Notes under the pieces: generated by a model | Told to the model about the DNA's origin: nothing | The model's database searches: none | Seen by the model: only the letters and a program-made list of their open reading frames with translations | Shown: piece by piece, positions 13,301 to 29,751 of the stretch | Position numbering within the stretch: position 1 is the first letter of the stretch | Layout of the letters: the number at the start of each line of letters is the position of its first letter | Program-made: the position numbers and the translations under genes | Source: Paragordius varius | Taxonomy: Eukaryota; Animalia; Nematomorpha | NCBI GenBank assembly: GCA_964247055.1 | Contig: OZ176051.1 | Span: 5,580,001 to 5,644,000, forward strand | DNA length: 64,000 bases | Direction: 5' to 3'

Positions 13301-16300
13301 CTTATAGTTAATCATAGAATTGAAATTATACAGACAAAAAGTATCCTGTAGACTAATTTTTTTAAACCTTGATTATTCAAATTAAAACGTATATTTGAGT
13401 CGCAACAAGATTGGAGATATAAATTGGTAACTTATAACATAATTAACAAAAATCTAACAAAAAATATAGTTTTTTATTTAAAAAATTAGCGTTATCTCTA
13501 TGTATTATTCATTTTTTTGGAAATTTGCGTATACTATGTCTTTTTTCGATTGGGCCAACTCCTGTAAGGTTAGACAGTGAGGTATTGTGCTGTAAACCAC
13601 CTCCAAATGGATGATATATTTCTAAGTTAAATCTTGATAAATTGATAAACACATCGATGCCATTTCCGCTGAATTGGTATTGTTCATAGAGATTAGCGAT
13701 ATCAGTTTTACCTACAAGGTAATAAAAATTGCAAATTAAATTCAGTTAGTTTTTCATTGATAGCAACTTAGCTATATTATTAACTTTAAATTGATGCAAA
13801 AATGCCAATAATTGTTATTAGTATAAAAATGATATCTGGTAATATTTATAGTTAACATACCAATATCTTATGCATATTTAAAAAGTTAAGTCAAAAATTA
13901 CCTTGTATTCTAAGAGGTTCAAAAGGATGATTTGTTTCTGATGACGAGCTTGTTAAAATTAAATCTAGAGATGGAAGGTAAACCATACACTCTACACGGG
14001 AAAGCGGGAGACAGCTAATAAAATTTTTTTTTATAAAGTATAAATAAAATACATTAGTCAAGTCAAATGGCCTAAATAATTACCTAAAACGAAAACTTGA
14101 CGGGTTAACTCTCAAATAAACCAAAACATTAACGGGAAAATTGGTGGTGGCAACATAAACAACGTTGGAATTTGTATTCATTTCCTCGTGTGATTTCTTT
14201 TCTTCTGGTGTTTTTTGATCTAATATTGGATATTAAACGATTCTCGCAACATAAATGGATGTGAATTAAAAGTTATTTCCTAACCCAAGAATTAATGGTA
14301 TAAAAAATATCCATTATTATTTAATGACGAAATCGGTATTAAAATTTGTCTTAAAAATTAAAAATTTACGTTTTTTGTCACCCGTAGGAGGAAGGATTGG
14401 AAGCGGTTCCAATACCATTTCTATAAAATCCAGCAAATGTGGATGCAAACAATTCTCCTATATTTTATATGAAATCACAAGTTACTATACCAATTTTAGT
14501 CCTTACGAATCGTAAAAATAACCGCAAAATATCGAATTTAAAAAGTTAAGGCAGTTTTAATTTTAATTCCAAAAATAAACTTATTAATTATATTTTATCT
14601 ACTACTGTGAGCCCTAAAAAGCTCGTATTGAAGTCTTAGTTTCGGCAAAAGATTTTATAAAAAAATTCACCTTGATAAACGTTTTAATGGTTAACCAAAC
14701 ATAAAGATCTGCAGTTTTAAATGATTCGTTGCTTATTTTTACGCAATTATCAGATGTGGGATTTGGTTTTGTACGATCATTATTGAATATATGATGCGAT
14801 GAATATTGTACCTAAATAAAATATAATAAATAGTGGCCTGAAAATTAATTAAAATTTTTGTTGTGTTAGACCCTTTTTAAGAAATGCCTAATTGAATTAT
14901 AGCTAGCAAGCACTTACTTTAACATTTAATCCAGGTAGGACTATGATTGAAGAATATTTTAACATATTCGTATTGATAAACGCTTTTATTTTGTCCAATA
15001 TGGCTGATAGAAAATATTGATTTTGTTTACTCCCTTCTCCATTACCAATCCTTTTATTCCGTTTAACTTTGTGGTGATTTTTTACAGAAATAATGGTAGC
15101 CAAAGATGAATCAGAGGCTGGTTTAGTCATTATATTTTTCTCCCTTCCCATTAATCTAAATAAATGGAATACTCAATAATCGTAAGATATAAAAACGAAA
15201 AATTTAAAAAAAAAATTGTCAAAAACTAAAAGGATATATTTAAAAAATTTTTACATGTATAATTGTTCGGTATTTAAAACAAATTATATTATAAATTACA
15301 ATAAAAATTGAAAAAATTAAGAAAAAAGCGGTTATTCAATTTTTGCGTTTACATTTTTTATTTCCAAATTTTGAGCATGATGCAAAGTACAAAAAATATT
15401 TAAAAAAGTCGTTTTTCATAAAAAGGGGGAAATGGGTCAACTTATCGCCAATAGATATGTGACTATTATAGATATAGAAATATTATTATATATAATACTC
15501 TTTAAGGAGGTCCATATCTTTGTTTTGGTTGAAAAGTATAAAAGTACCCGAATCAATGTTAACATTAACATCTAGGTCAAAATTAATTTTCGATTCATTA
15601 TTTGACGTTTTTATTTTAGCATTTTTTCCCATTTCTGAAGCCAAATTTGATTCTTTCTTAACATTCTCAGGCAAATTGGAATTTTCGTCCCCAAGCGAAA
15701 ATTTGTATAAATTCAAAGGCTGTGAAAATGATCCATGTGCATTTCCTTACAAGATATTATATGATATTTAAAATTTGAACAAAATTATTTTTTGATTTTT
15801 AAAGCCATCCACCATATTTTGACAAGGAATATACTCAGTTATTAAATATAATGTTAAAAATTATTTAACATACAAGATATCTATTCAATACAAAATAACC
15901 GATTATTTAAACGTTGTAAATTGTATATATAAAGTTTTATCGTATATACATTCCTAATAATAGATAAAATTAATATTTTGATACTTGTAATTTGTGTTTT
16001 GTGCAACTGTTTGTCCTTTACTTCATTTTCAGCTCTAAAAATATATGTTATATAATAATGATTAAGGAGAAAATTATACGCGTCGCGACAAACGTAATAT
16101 TTGCCACCATAAGATCGGCTCTTGATATGTTTTTTGCGATAACGTCGTTTTCGACAACACAATTCTTCCTTTGTAATAGCCAAAGAATTTTGTCTCTGGT
16201 GTCTACACATAGTACAAATTGAAAAACTGTTTAAATTGTACAAAATAATCAACCAACTCTATTTGATATTAATAATTACTTTTACCAACCGGACAAACCG

Positions 16301-19300
16301 GTGACAAAAAAATGGTTCCTAAATATGAACCAGTATCATTATCAAAAGGACAAGTGTTTATGCGTAACCATATTTATCCATTTTGAATAACAACCGTTAA
16401 TCACGACCATCATAGATTTGTCCATAATATAATGTTAAAAAATCTTGAAATAATATTAATATACTTAACACCCACATTGAAATTCATAAAGTAAATGTTC
16501 AAATAAAAAATATTTAACCCTTTGGTTGCAAGAAAAGGTTGTAATGTTGCTGAATCATCTTGGTCAAATGACTGCTTTAGCAACGCCTAAATTTTTGTAT
16601 ATTTTTTAAAAATTCTGAAATAAATCAAATATTAATGGATTATAAAAGTTGTGTTATCTTAAAGTGTGTACAAAATGATTAACTTATTACTAAAGGATAA
16701 CCTTACCCGCAAACTCTGTTTATTTATTCGCCGAAATATATCTTGGCGATAATCCATTGCAACTTGAGATTCAATGTTAAGCAATTTTGTAGTTTCTTTT
16801 TTAATTAAATATTCGCTTGCCCCCAATTTTCTATATGTTAAAAAGTATAAAGGCGTAAATTACTATGTGAATAGTTTAGTAAATACATGTAAATTTTGGC
16901 ATCCATATAATATATATATTTTTATTTATTAATTGTTTTAGTATTATATAATATTTTTTAATTTGTTACTCTACAGGAATAGCAATATAATTTAAAATTA
17001 ATGGTTCAGATTGGTTTATAACTTTTATTCAAAGTAGATGTTAGTTATATAATAAAAAACTAAGCGTAATTATGGTTTTATTAATATAAATAAGGTAGAA
17101 GATACTTCAAAATGTGTAATGTTTTGGCTCTCTCTAAATACTCATCAATTATTTTAGAGGGAATAATTTTTAACGGATCATCTGGATTTGATTGAGGTTT
17201 TAACTGCATAACACCGCTATTTGGTAGTCGATTGTCATGCTTTTTTAAAGAATGATGTTTGAATTTTCTCAATTTTAATTGGGGGATCTTTTTACGCGCA
17301 CTTTTGATGTCTTTTGTAACCAGGGTTGGTTTTTTGAGAGATATCGAATCATCATCCCATGATATGAGGCTACCTTCAAACGATCTATCATCGTCTAAAT
17401 AAAATTTTAAATTTTATTTGCAAATATTTGATTAATATAGCTAAAAAAATACTTGTAATTTCTTCATTGGTTAAAATAGTTAGGGTGTATATTAGACTTT
17501 TAAGGCATATGCCTATGTAAGTGTTTGAAAAGAAATCAACACCATTCATATTCCAATTCACATGTAGAATCCATTTAGGAATTTCGGCTTTAACTATATA
17601 AAAGATTGTGAAAATATAAATATAAAATGAGTATAATTAAATAAATATGTGATATTTTACGCGCTGATGTATTTGAGCAAACTTCATAAGTACCGTGACG
17701 GACATAACAAAAATTTGTCAATAAATTTTGAAACATTTTATCGTAAAGCATTATGTTTGGTGTGGTATTATTGGTCAAAGATAATTTTTTATTAGATGCA
17801 CTGAGTGTATTTGTAGAGTGCAATGATGTCTTTTCCACACTAAAATCATCTGGTGTATTGGCTAAGTAGAGATTAGGGGTCCAATCATCCCACGATGGAT
17901 CAAAATCTGTAGTGAACCTAAAATATAAGTTTTCGGAAATAAGAAAGATATGACCGGACGCTTTTAAAAAATATAATATGCAAGTAAAAAAATGTAAAAA
18001 AGTTTTTTTGATGATACCGCGTAATTAGGTTTGAGAAATGTCCATGGCATATAAATACATCCTTGGTGTAAGCATATATGCGGGACATTTCGATGGTTAG
18101 TACGAGATTTATAGGTTCTTCATCTAACATACTTATAACTTGGGTACCTAAAGCCTTATCCGCACCACTATTCATATCAGTTTTATGGGATTCATTTGTG
18201 GTACATGGTTTGTCAATTATTATAGAAGAAGAAATACTATCGGGATTAGAATGCGATTTTTCGCCTCCGACTGAAAAATTTTCATCGGGGCGTTTATGAT
18301 ACATGGCTGATATGTTTCTATTATATATCTATATAGTCAAAAAAGTATTATAGTTTATTTATATATTTACCGTTTATGTGACGTTAGATTAAAACAATGC
18401 GTGCATCAAAATTTCTAAAGTTTATTATATAAATTAAATTGTTGGATGTTATTTTAGATAAATATAGAATTTATATATTAGTTAATCGGTAAAACAAAAA
18501 CCAATTTGTTAAGTTATATCAACAAAATATGTTCTATATATTTAAGCGTTTTTGTACATCAGGCGGTTTTTGTAATGGTAGGCTGATACCCAGGTTTTCG
18601 ATATTAAGCTCCAAAATTATTTGGGTTAATACTTTGGGTGGTTGTTGCGGCAAAGGAAATGTTAATTTATTCATAACCTAAAAATTATTATAAATATAAG
18701 TATATTAATAAAATCTCGTGCTTTATAGCAATTTTCCGGAAAACTTTGGCCTATTCAAATTGTATAAATGTCATTTAGGAGCCGAGAACCTATTTTTTTA
18801 AAGTTACCAAGTGTAGTCAAAAGTGACCGGTTTAACAAAGAGGAGATGCCAACGTAAAGCACGCAGACGATTAATTTGATACACCAGCCATTTTGTTTAT
18901 CTGATATTAAATTACAACCACATAAAATTTGAGCCCGCCAAAAGATAGCACTCTATTTTTATGGAGTAACTCAAATTTGTGCCGAAAAAAGAAAATATTT
19001 GCGGAAATTACCATTAGAAGAAAAAGGAAAACTATCATTTGCTGGCAGAAAAATATGGTACATGCTTCATCATTTTAGACAATGTGAAACATGGTTTGTA
19101 AATAGAAATGAATTCATGTGATTTGGGCGCTCAGATTACATAATTGCGGTACACTAAAGTTCAAAAGTTATTGGGTGATGAGCCAACACAAACTTAACAA
19201 TGATTTGCCAAAGCATTAAATGTATTACTATCAATATAGCAATGGAAAGAACAATAAACCTGGTAAATGGGTCCCACACAATTTGAATGAAGTTAAATCA

Positions 19301-22300
19301 AATTACGCATCACCAAGCGGTCTATCAAAACAAATGCCAAATCATTTGCTAAAAGACCGTGCTTTGTGTTGATAGAAGCAGAGCGATATTGCATTAAACT
19401 TTAGAAACGCGGTAAAACCGCTGATACGCAACGCTATCGCCAATAAACGAATAATTTAAACCATACATTAATCGAAAAACGGCCGCGGCCAACAATGGCA
19501 GAGTGATTTTGATACATAACAATGCTCCGTTCAATGCAGAGCCGGGGGAAATGGCTTCGATGGAAAATTCTTTCGCATCTGCTAAACTCCGCTGTGGCGC
19601 CATCTGATTAAAACAACTTCGAACGGTCACACCGAAGAGAAAAATGGCTTTACAAATGAATCTCACTCAAAAAACAATGAGTTTTTCTGGCTCGGCATTC
19701 ATATATTAACCGAGAGATGAGGGACATGATATACAATAGATTTCATTTTAAAATAAAATGTTTATTAACGATAAAATCTATATAAATTTATAATCACAAC
19801 TACCAAGTAAACGGCGAAAACAGTTTTAACCTGTTCTGTTGCTTCTTGAACATCTCTTTTAAGTGTAGCCCGTTGTTCATTCCAATATTCATAAGCGGTT
19901 TTATAATTTATATATATTAATATGGCTTTATCAATTGCCAATGCTTGAACATTCAAATGGGGTCGCTGAACATCCACAAACACAATCGTTCCATCTTGGA
20001 TGTGAGAAAATTTGGATGAATAAAATTGATTCTGGAAGTATAAAACCAAAATAATATATGTAAAAATAAATTTGTAAAAGATTTTCGGTAAAACTTTGAT
20101 TGCATGTTTATATGATATAATAAGTTAACTTTTATGCTATTCTTTATCATTATGTAACAAGTAAAATGGGCCAACATTGTATATTCAAATTCCGCTTCTT
20201 CATACAATAAATTTCGACTAATTTGTCCCAAAGATGCTGACAGCCTAAACTATAATATACAATAGCAATATATATATATATATATATTATATAAAAACGG
20301 ATTTTATTTTTGTAATTAGCCAGTTTATTGTTAATATTATTTAAATTCAAAACTATTTATAGGCTCCCTTCATATTAAATTATATAAAAGTTAAAAAAAA
20401 CTTTTAAATTGGCCAAAGTACGCTTAAGATCACATTTTGATGTAGGCATTTCCGCATCATCGAAATATATATTGGAAATATTGAATTCGATGGCGCTTGT
20501 TTCAAATCTTATTGCAATATTTGTGGGAGTTGCCGCTGTTAATTGTAGGCCCTATAATGTATGTTTTTTGAAAAAATAAAGCTTACATCCAAATGATTTA
20601 TGATGACATATCATTTAAAAACTAAAATTATCGAGTAAAAGAGCCAATCTAAAAGGTATCAGGACTTTTACTGTTTAAAATCTTGTGATTGGGTAAAATT
20701 GAAAGATTTTGAGCTAAATTTTCGAGTTTTTATATAGGGCTAAACTTAAAGCAGTATGAATAAAAATCGTAATTCCAGTAGCACACTATAATTTGGTACA
20801 CTTTTTACAGATAAGTTTTTTTTATAAAATGGTAAAAGAATTGGTTTTTATTTTGGGACAAAAACAGGTATAATTTATCATGAAATTCGTTCTTTAATTA
20901 AATGCACTAGACCAACTATTTAAAGTAAATACAGCCACTAAATGGTATTGGGAAAGGGGCGCTAACACTTGTAAATAAGTAAAAGCTTATAACGTATTGA
21001 ACCTATAAAATTATATGCATTACAAAGTTGAAATTGAATTCCTTTTGACAAATAGGAATATTCGTTTACTATCCACAAACTATTAATGAAATAATAATAT
21101 AATTTAATTATATATTTGGTATTAACCTTAAACTTCAAATTTAGGTCATAAAGATATTGAGACAATGGATTGGTAGAGGGTATTGGAACTTCGACATTTT
21201 CTAAAGTATGTTCAATCCAAAAAATAGATTGTGTATATGTAAATTGTTTCTTTCCAATTTAATAATCGTTTAACTTACAGGTTTAAATTATGAAATATAT
21301 TATGGCGGAAAATATAAAATAATGTTCGGGAAAACATGTGGTTATTTGAAAAAATAAAATTATATCTGTTAACAAAACGAAACCGATTCTATGGTCACGT
21401 CGAAATTAGAAACTGTAAAAAAAACAATATAAACAGAGAGACATGCTTTTTAAATTATTTCATTTCTCAACTAAAAATACCTTCCTCTTGAGGATTGAAT
21501 GTAGGCATTTGTGGTTGATCGATTCCTGTGAGCCGTTGAAGTAATTCGTTTACTTCCTAAATTATTAATGATAATAATTATGATTTTTTCACATAGATAT
21601 GGGGACATATAAGCAAAGAAAAATTAAGTCATACCTTCATAAACACCTTTTGTATAAACACCAAGTTATTTAGTAAATCGGTAGTGAGTGTACGTTCGAA
21701 ATAATCGATTTCCATGTTTGCCCTAATGCATGCCCTTAAATAACCCAACTTTGATTTAGTAACGTATTTTCCGAATTTAACATTGTAAATGTCCCATTCA
21801 TATAATACGGTTAGTTTGACAAGAGGCAATTTAATCCGCGTTTCAGGAGAAAATTTTAACAAAGGATCTTGAATCTAAAAATGTTAAATAAACATTACAG
21901 CCATAAAATATGCAAAAAAAATTGTTACCAATGATTTCCAAGTAAGGCAATGATCAGCAAAGTAAAGGGACGCCAAAACTTTATTCGTTTTGTTGCATGT
22001 TAAATATATGTTACGGATGGTGTAAAGAATTTTGAGTGAAGGCAAAAGAGCTGCTTCGAAATCAATTTGTTTCCATCGAATGCTATGAAAAAATATATAT
22101 TTAATATTACCTTTAAGCTTTTTAAAAAGACAAAAATATATCTTCTTAATGGACCATCAAAATCAAAATATTTTTAAATCGAAAAATAATTGGTTACTTA
22201 ATGCAATAAAAAGCATCATCCATATTCATTCCATTATTTGTGTATATCGTATGACGCATAGATTTGGGTTGATTAGAAAATTTGCTACTTGATAAATTTG

Positions 22301-25300
22301 TTGGAAAATCTCTCAATGTTTGAGTAAATTTATTACTGATTCTGGTAAATATTTCATGCAATACGATCGGATGTTCAGGCATTTCCAACTTTATGAATCC
22401 TATTTCAATCAGCACGGCATCTATTAAATAGAAAAATATGGACAGGATATTTTTGGATGTTATTTAGCAATAGTCTAAAAATATACTTTTGATTTTCTGA
22501 TTAATTAGCAGGAAAGTATTGTTTATGGTGGAAACACTCTGAGCGGTAAAATTAAGCAGGATATGGGAGGTGTGTGAAAAACATTCAATCATCGTAATAC
22601 TCATTTGTGGTAAGTTAATGACCATTGATCGTTTATTAATACGCTCTGAATAACAAATTAAAATTTGGAATTTTTAACATAGATTTGTTTTTATTATATG
22701 TTGCCAGATAGCCAATATAGCAAAAAAGCATTATTATAATTGATGAATAGCGAGATAAAGCGAAAAAAAGTTTAAGTCAGTTAAAATCCTCTATGTTATA
22801 TATGATATCTGGCAGTAAATTACAATAAATCCTTAATTGTTTTTTATAAAGATTTTTGAAAAATTCACTTACTTTCATCTTCAATTTTAGAGTATGCGAG
22901 TTTCGGTATTTGTAAACTAAAAATTGGATTCAATAACTCAATCTGGAGATTAAGTCCTTCAAGGGCAAACCATAAACGTATGTAAGCTATGTGAGTTATG
23001 ATTTGTAGGTCAAAAGATTCACATTCTAATAAAATAAATTAAATGATTATTCATGGAGTTCTTTTACATTAAATGGGAAAAAATTGTACAATTACCCCAA
23101 TGTATATTAATCGCATCATTGGTTGTATTGACATTCTTTTTATTTAAATTATGAATAATGGCCATATTGATCATTGGGACATTAAAATTAATCTTATTAA
23201 TTGCAAAATTTTGACAATTTTTCTCGATGGGATTTATCGGATGAGAAAGTAAATTATTAAGCTGATTATATATATCTTCAATCATTCTCATTTGCGTTTC
23301 GTATAAATGGCTCTAAAATATATTATATAAAAAAATTTTATAATAATCGAATTCAAAATAATTTACACGATTACATTAACTTACATCTATAGTTTTAAAC
23401 TCTCCGGGAATCGATAAAAGTGAGGAATTGCTTATAAGAGAGGTTTCTGAAATAGTTGAATGTAAGGATGGGTGGGATATATGGTCAATGGTATGTTCAT
23501 TTAATTTTAAAGGCGATGAGTTTTCGTTTACATTTTGTTCTATATTAGCACTTGAATGGGAAGTAAAATCTCTTTCTGCGGTTTGGTTAGAATCTATGGA
23601 AAGAATGTCACCAAAATCCATCTCATTACCAAAAAATCTATTCTTAATTTCTTGTTTGGTAACGTGGTAACTTTTCATTACCCAGAGGACCTTTAAATAG
23701 TTTTAATTTAGTATAGTCCTCAAAAAAATGTCATACAAAAAATCTAAATGGTACCTGATAAATCAATTTTAGCGCAGAAGTGTTAACATGATGCGAAAAC
23801 GTTTCAATTTTAACGAAAAACTGAGTACGGATAGTGTGAATATAGGATTTACTTTTAGGCGTCAAAATATATGGCAATATAATTTGTTTTATTGCCTTAT
23901 TCGTAGATGAAGACCCTATACAGGGAGTAAATAAAACAGTAGTTCCATACTTCCCTTCAAGCAATATGTTTCGAAATATGAATAAACGTGAATCGGATTC
24001 ATTCAACGTACTAATGGAGTTAAGCAAAGTATGCGAAGGTTGTTGTAAGTTGGGAACACAATCTCTTTTTTTTAAGTTAATGTTATGAGACGATGATTTT
24101 TTGTTCAATAAATTGGTATAATCAATATCTTCAATTAAATAAAGCTGTATAGTAATGATGGTCATTTTGACATTTAAATCGTATTCGCGGGTTTTATTTT
24201 CCAGTAAAGTTAATGGTGTATGTAAACATTTGAACATTTTATCAAAAAGGATAAACGCTAGGGTAAATTCATTGGCAAATTGGTTGATTGTAAATTTTGC
24301 GGTTAAAAATGATTCAAAAATACCGCTAAGTTTATCAATCTTAAGTTCGAGCAGTATTAACCAATCTTTATAGTAGCCTGGTAATAAAGGTATCAGTTCA
24401 TTGTTCAAACCATGAAATTCCCCAATATCTACGGATCCATTTTTAACTAGGTGAATTATGATAAAACGTTATAAATATATTTTATAATATTATTTACTAG
24501 AATAAATGCTAAAAGTTAAATAGAGAATTTGAAAATATCATAGCAAAAAATACCATAGTTTTTTTCCTGATAATAAGATTTGGATTCTACTTGTAGAGGC
24601 TTCAATATCTGAGTCCTATACATGTTATGATATCGAGGGCGCACCCATGGCAATGATATCCAACTATATATTTTGTTATAAATGGAATTACATTGAAAAG
24701 AAATTTTTAAGAAGATCAAATCAGGAAATAAAGTGATAAACACATTTTGACTTAACTATCAGCTAACATTAATTTTTTCCATCAAATATAAATAATATGC
24801 AATTTGTAACCTTTTCAATTACTTTTGGGAATATATCAAATTGGATCATGATATATATAAATTTCAGAATTTTCCAAATTATTAATAATCATTTATACAT
24901 TTTAGACTTTTCTGATAAATGTTTGTAATCCATCTACCTGTATAATAAAGCCCGTAAATTTTTATTAGGCACAAATTCGTAGGTAGACACTAATAATGGG
25001 TTAGGCTGTTTGATAGAAATGGCGGTTGACGATTCAAGCGCTAAGTTATTTGCTTTTAACTCCGTACAATCATTAGTTGATGATTCAATCGTAGTTGTAT
25101 GATACAATTTTGTTAAATACTCAGAAATTTGGATTAAGTAACAATCTTTTAATGCATTTATAGTGTTTTGCCACTCAAGTGATTTGGAAAAGTAGATCAT
25201 TATCATCAAAGTAATATTTTGAATGTTACATTGATTTAAATCGACTTTTGAATAGGATTCTTTGATTAACAAATAATTTTTGTAAAAAGATTGGAGTAGG

Positions 25301-27538
25301 GTAAAACTTGGATTCATAGCTATGTTAATGGCTAACTCAGAATACGTGAAAGGTAGATGTGTTTGCTATAAGAAAAATTGTATGATATACGTAAAATATT
25401 ATATTTAAACCATGCCCTTCAAAAATATTTATATATCACAATTGGATATAATAATTTTTCAAATAAAATATTACCTCAATCAAAACTAAATAATTTTTTT
25501 AACAACTTTCTTTCTCTACCTGAAAAGTTAATGAGTCGGCAATGGAAATAAAATGCAATAATGACGCATATAAGATACGTTGTTGTTTAAATGTCAGGTT
25601 ATTTTTATGCGTAGTTAATGCATCCATAAACCGATTAAAAGGATACTGCCAAGCTACGACTGTGGACAAAAGAGTGCTAAACAAGTGCCATTCATCTCTA
25701 AAAAAAGTGTAAAATAAACTATAATTCTGTTTTTTTAAAAACCAAATTTCCAAAAATTATTTTTTTTACTGATCAAAACTTTCGTCGGGGTTGTTTTGTC
25801 TATCCTTTACATCGGTATCCACATAAAATTTTGCGGGTATATTAAACCATATGTTTTGTAATGTAATATCAATTTTCATGTTAGGAGAAATGTCATTTGA
25901 TTCTAACTCACTGTGTTTTGTTTCGTTGGGCATGTTAATACGAAATATACTATGATCGTCATTAGTTAAGACTGATAAAAGCAGGAAATGTGCATTAACC
26001 TTAAATTAATATAAAAAAAAATAATTTTGAATAAAAATTTGCATATATAATTTGTTATTTCTATACCTTATTATACTTTGATACTACTGAATAAGCATGC
26101 GATAATATTTATAAAAATATTTACATTTAGGTAATAATTAAAATTTTCGAAACTTCTTAATAAATTTAAAGAAAGTAACAAAGATAATGCATATAAAAAA
26201 CAAATGATAAAGATGATATATTTAATAAATAATGAAAAAAATACCTGTTTTAACCCAAATTCCATCATATCAAAGCTCTGGGATTCATTGTTAGTATCAA
26301 GAGAATCTTTGAAAATATAGGGAACTTTTGAATTATTGTCGGATATAAATGCACATTTTGGTTGTTGATTTGGTTCAGCTAAACGTCTGAGTTGAAAATT
26401 TACGCTATCAATGTCCATGTTGATATCTATATAAATTAAATTTGATATAAGAAATTTCACGTAATTGGCATAAATATTTTCAATTAAATTTTAGTGTATA
26501 AAGATTTCTGTGATATTAAAACCATTGTAAAGAGAAAACATCTAAATTATACGTAATCATGGATTAGATTAATACAAATATATATATATATATATATCTC
26601 GCTCTAATTTATTAATTTATTTTAAAAAGCTAAAATAAAGCAAATTGTAATTAGAATCGGATAAAATTAATATTTAAAAACCAGAGTATTTTATATCTTT
26701 GACTTCGTATTGACGAGTTTTCCAACACAATTTACATAAATTAATAATGAAAATCGTAAAGGTGGTAGCGATTTGCGGAGCGATATCTAACAATGGTAGA
26801 GACACGCGTTCCAATATTAAACAGTTTTGCATCATGTGAATGTATACCTATACAACCATTATAAAGTTAAAAAAATTACATTATTATATTTAGATTTAGC
26901 TCCCCTAATATAGCAAATAAGAGAGATTAAAAATGTCATATAGGTAAATTTAGTCAAATCCTTCACAGCTAAACAAGGTAAATCTGTAAAATAAAAAACT
27001 ATTTATATAATGAAATCTGATTGATTTCATATTTGGATATAAAAATTATCGGCCCGCTTATTGTGCGAAAGTATAATATACTATTTTAGAAATATAATTT
27101 GCCCATATATTGATATTTACATTAAATATTATTATACATGATTTAAGTTTTATTAAAAAACATAGAACTATAGTTTTTTCTGAAATATTAACAAAAGAAT
27201 TAACATTACTCCCGATATACTTCCACTGCAATGTAATTTTAGTGGATCATCATTACAATTGTAAGTGGAGACAACTTCTTTATAAACGTTCCAGTGAAAT
27301 TCTCTTATAGAATTCAAAAAGTCACTTGTTCCCTTGTGGGATAGTATTTTATTTTTCGTATTATTATTATTTGAGTTTAATTGTTGATATATTAGCGTAA
27401 TTATATCAAGTGTTAAGGGTAAAATTCGTATGTGGATATCCTTTTCCATCCTTATACCCAAATGTAAACACGGATTTTGACAGCTATTGATAAAATTTTC
27501 GGATAAAAGAAGTTTATAAATATGTAGAAAGATAATAA

Positions 27539-27578
<40 letters not shown>

Positions 27579-29716
27579 CAAAATTTTAAATAATGTAGAA
27601 ATTAAATCAAATATGAAAACTTAAACGAAAAAATCAAATAAATAGAATAATTAAAATATGTAGGGAAATCATAAAATAAAGTATATTTAAGTTTATATAA
27701 TATTTTCATTAAATTATCTTACTTAACATCCAACAATTTATAAGCCAATTCTTCATCATTATGATATTTTGGATATATTGTTTTCGCCCAATATGGGCAT
27801 GAATTTAAGGTGGCAAATTGTGAAATTGGATATCTAATATTGTATGAATGTCTCAGTAAAAATTAAACAAAGACAAAACGGATAAAAAATAAAAGAATAA
27901 TGTCGTTTTAAGTTGCGAAATAAGTAGAATATAAGTTCAAATTGGTAACGCACACAATTTATAATCTACAATTTAATCATGCAGGTATAGTTAATAATTC
28001 ATAAATAAAACATCAAAAAAAATGTTAATTACATTTTGGCTTTCTTTATAGTGTTTTTCATATTACATATCCACACAAACAAACATAAAAATATATTTAA
28101 ATCATACTTATCACTGTTTATGCTATATTTTGGCCAAAATAACACATTTTCATACAGGGGTATTTGATTTTGTCCACTTAAATCAACTTTTCGCGATGAA
28201 AAACATTTCTTATTGTTTAGTAGAGGTGTAGTATCTCTTTCATTGGAAAAACAGGGGGGTTGTGATGTAATAGTAGAGTCCTTAAATCCCTGATTATTTT
28301 CTAATGAGGAAAAAGATGATTTTGCGGAAGAAAAATTGGAGTTATTCGTTGATACTGGAATATATGTTTCCTCAATACTTGTTGCTAAAGTTTTGGCATC
28401 TTTCAAAATCTTGGATAATATAAACACATAATTACATAAAATTATATGAAAGTTAATTAAAACCAAATCAAAAAGTCCTATGTACAATGAATGTTGTTTT
28501 ATTCAAAATTTAAATCTAACCAGACAAGCAAAACAACTTACAATATTTTCGCTTGCCTGCTGACTATTGGTAAAATCGATATTTAAGGGTTTAAAAATTT
28601 CATTCATATGCATAGCGGTTTCAAATTCATTGAATGCTGTTTTATTAACAATGTCCACAATTTCGTCCACATATTTCATGCGGGATGCATTTATCAACAA
28701 AGGTTTTAACCGATGTGTTAATCCATCATAAAATGATAAATATGTTTGTTGATTTTTATGCAACAATGTTTGTCTGTTATTCAAGTTGGGTAAATTGTAT
28801 CCATCAACATAAAAATAGGGGATAGGTAAGTATCCACATTCAATGTATTCATTGCTACTTTTGCAATCATTTAACTTTACATTGGAGTAAAGGGCTAAAA
28901 TTAAGGCATTCGTATTGGGTTGTTTGTTATCGCCAAATACTACCTTAAAATTTGCGTGCCCATAGTTGCAATGATAAAACGATGAGGCCATCAATTGTAT
29001 TGAAGAAAACTAAATAAAATAATTACAAATGGGGGGTATAAAGCATTTTGTTTTCTAAAAAAATTGTCTGATAAAAATTTAATAAAACATAATACATTCA
29101 AAACCTAACAAAAATTAACATATCAAAGCGAACAAAATTGATTTAGGGTTTTGGCTGGTCAAAAAATGAAAAACGGTTTTATCCACAAAGTCATTCACGG
29201 TAATTAAATAATACCAGAAATTTTTTTACTAAATTACAAAACGTCAGGATTTCACAATTTTTAAATATCGCTACAGGTTTATACCATTATTTTAATTGTA
29301 TTTTATATTATGTTAAAATTTTAACATATTTTGAAAAAAGGTTACTGTCACCATTATCAGCCCATACGTAGTATGTAACTATAAATATTACTTTTAATTC
29401 CAAGTAAATTGGATTTATGTCGGATGATAAATTATTAATTTCAATCGTGATTGTGCTTTCCCCTTCCAAAGATATTGCCCAAACATTCAATTTTAAATGG
29501 CTATTATCATTATTAATATTACTATCTTTGATTTGTTTTAGATTTTTAATTTTAGCAAACTTTTGTTTTATTATTTCAACATTAGTTGATGATGTATTAG
29601 CCTCCTCTTTCAAAAAAGACAATGCATTGTTTAATAAGTCTATATTTTGATGGCCATGTGCGGTGGTCATTTCAAAGGTAAATTGTATTTGTTTAAATGC
29701 ATCCAATATGCATTTC

Positions 29717-29751
<35 letters not shown>

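Noticed and set aside
9084-29650. Plus-strand ORFs inside BLTP1 (e.g. 9084, 15520, 18078, 23428, 24155, 29417)
   Set aside because: They are antisense shadows of BLTP1 exons with no independent gene structure.
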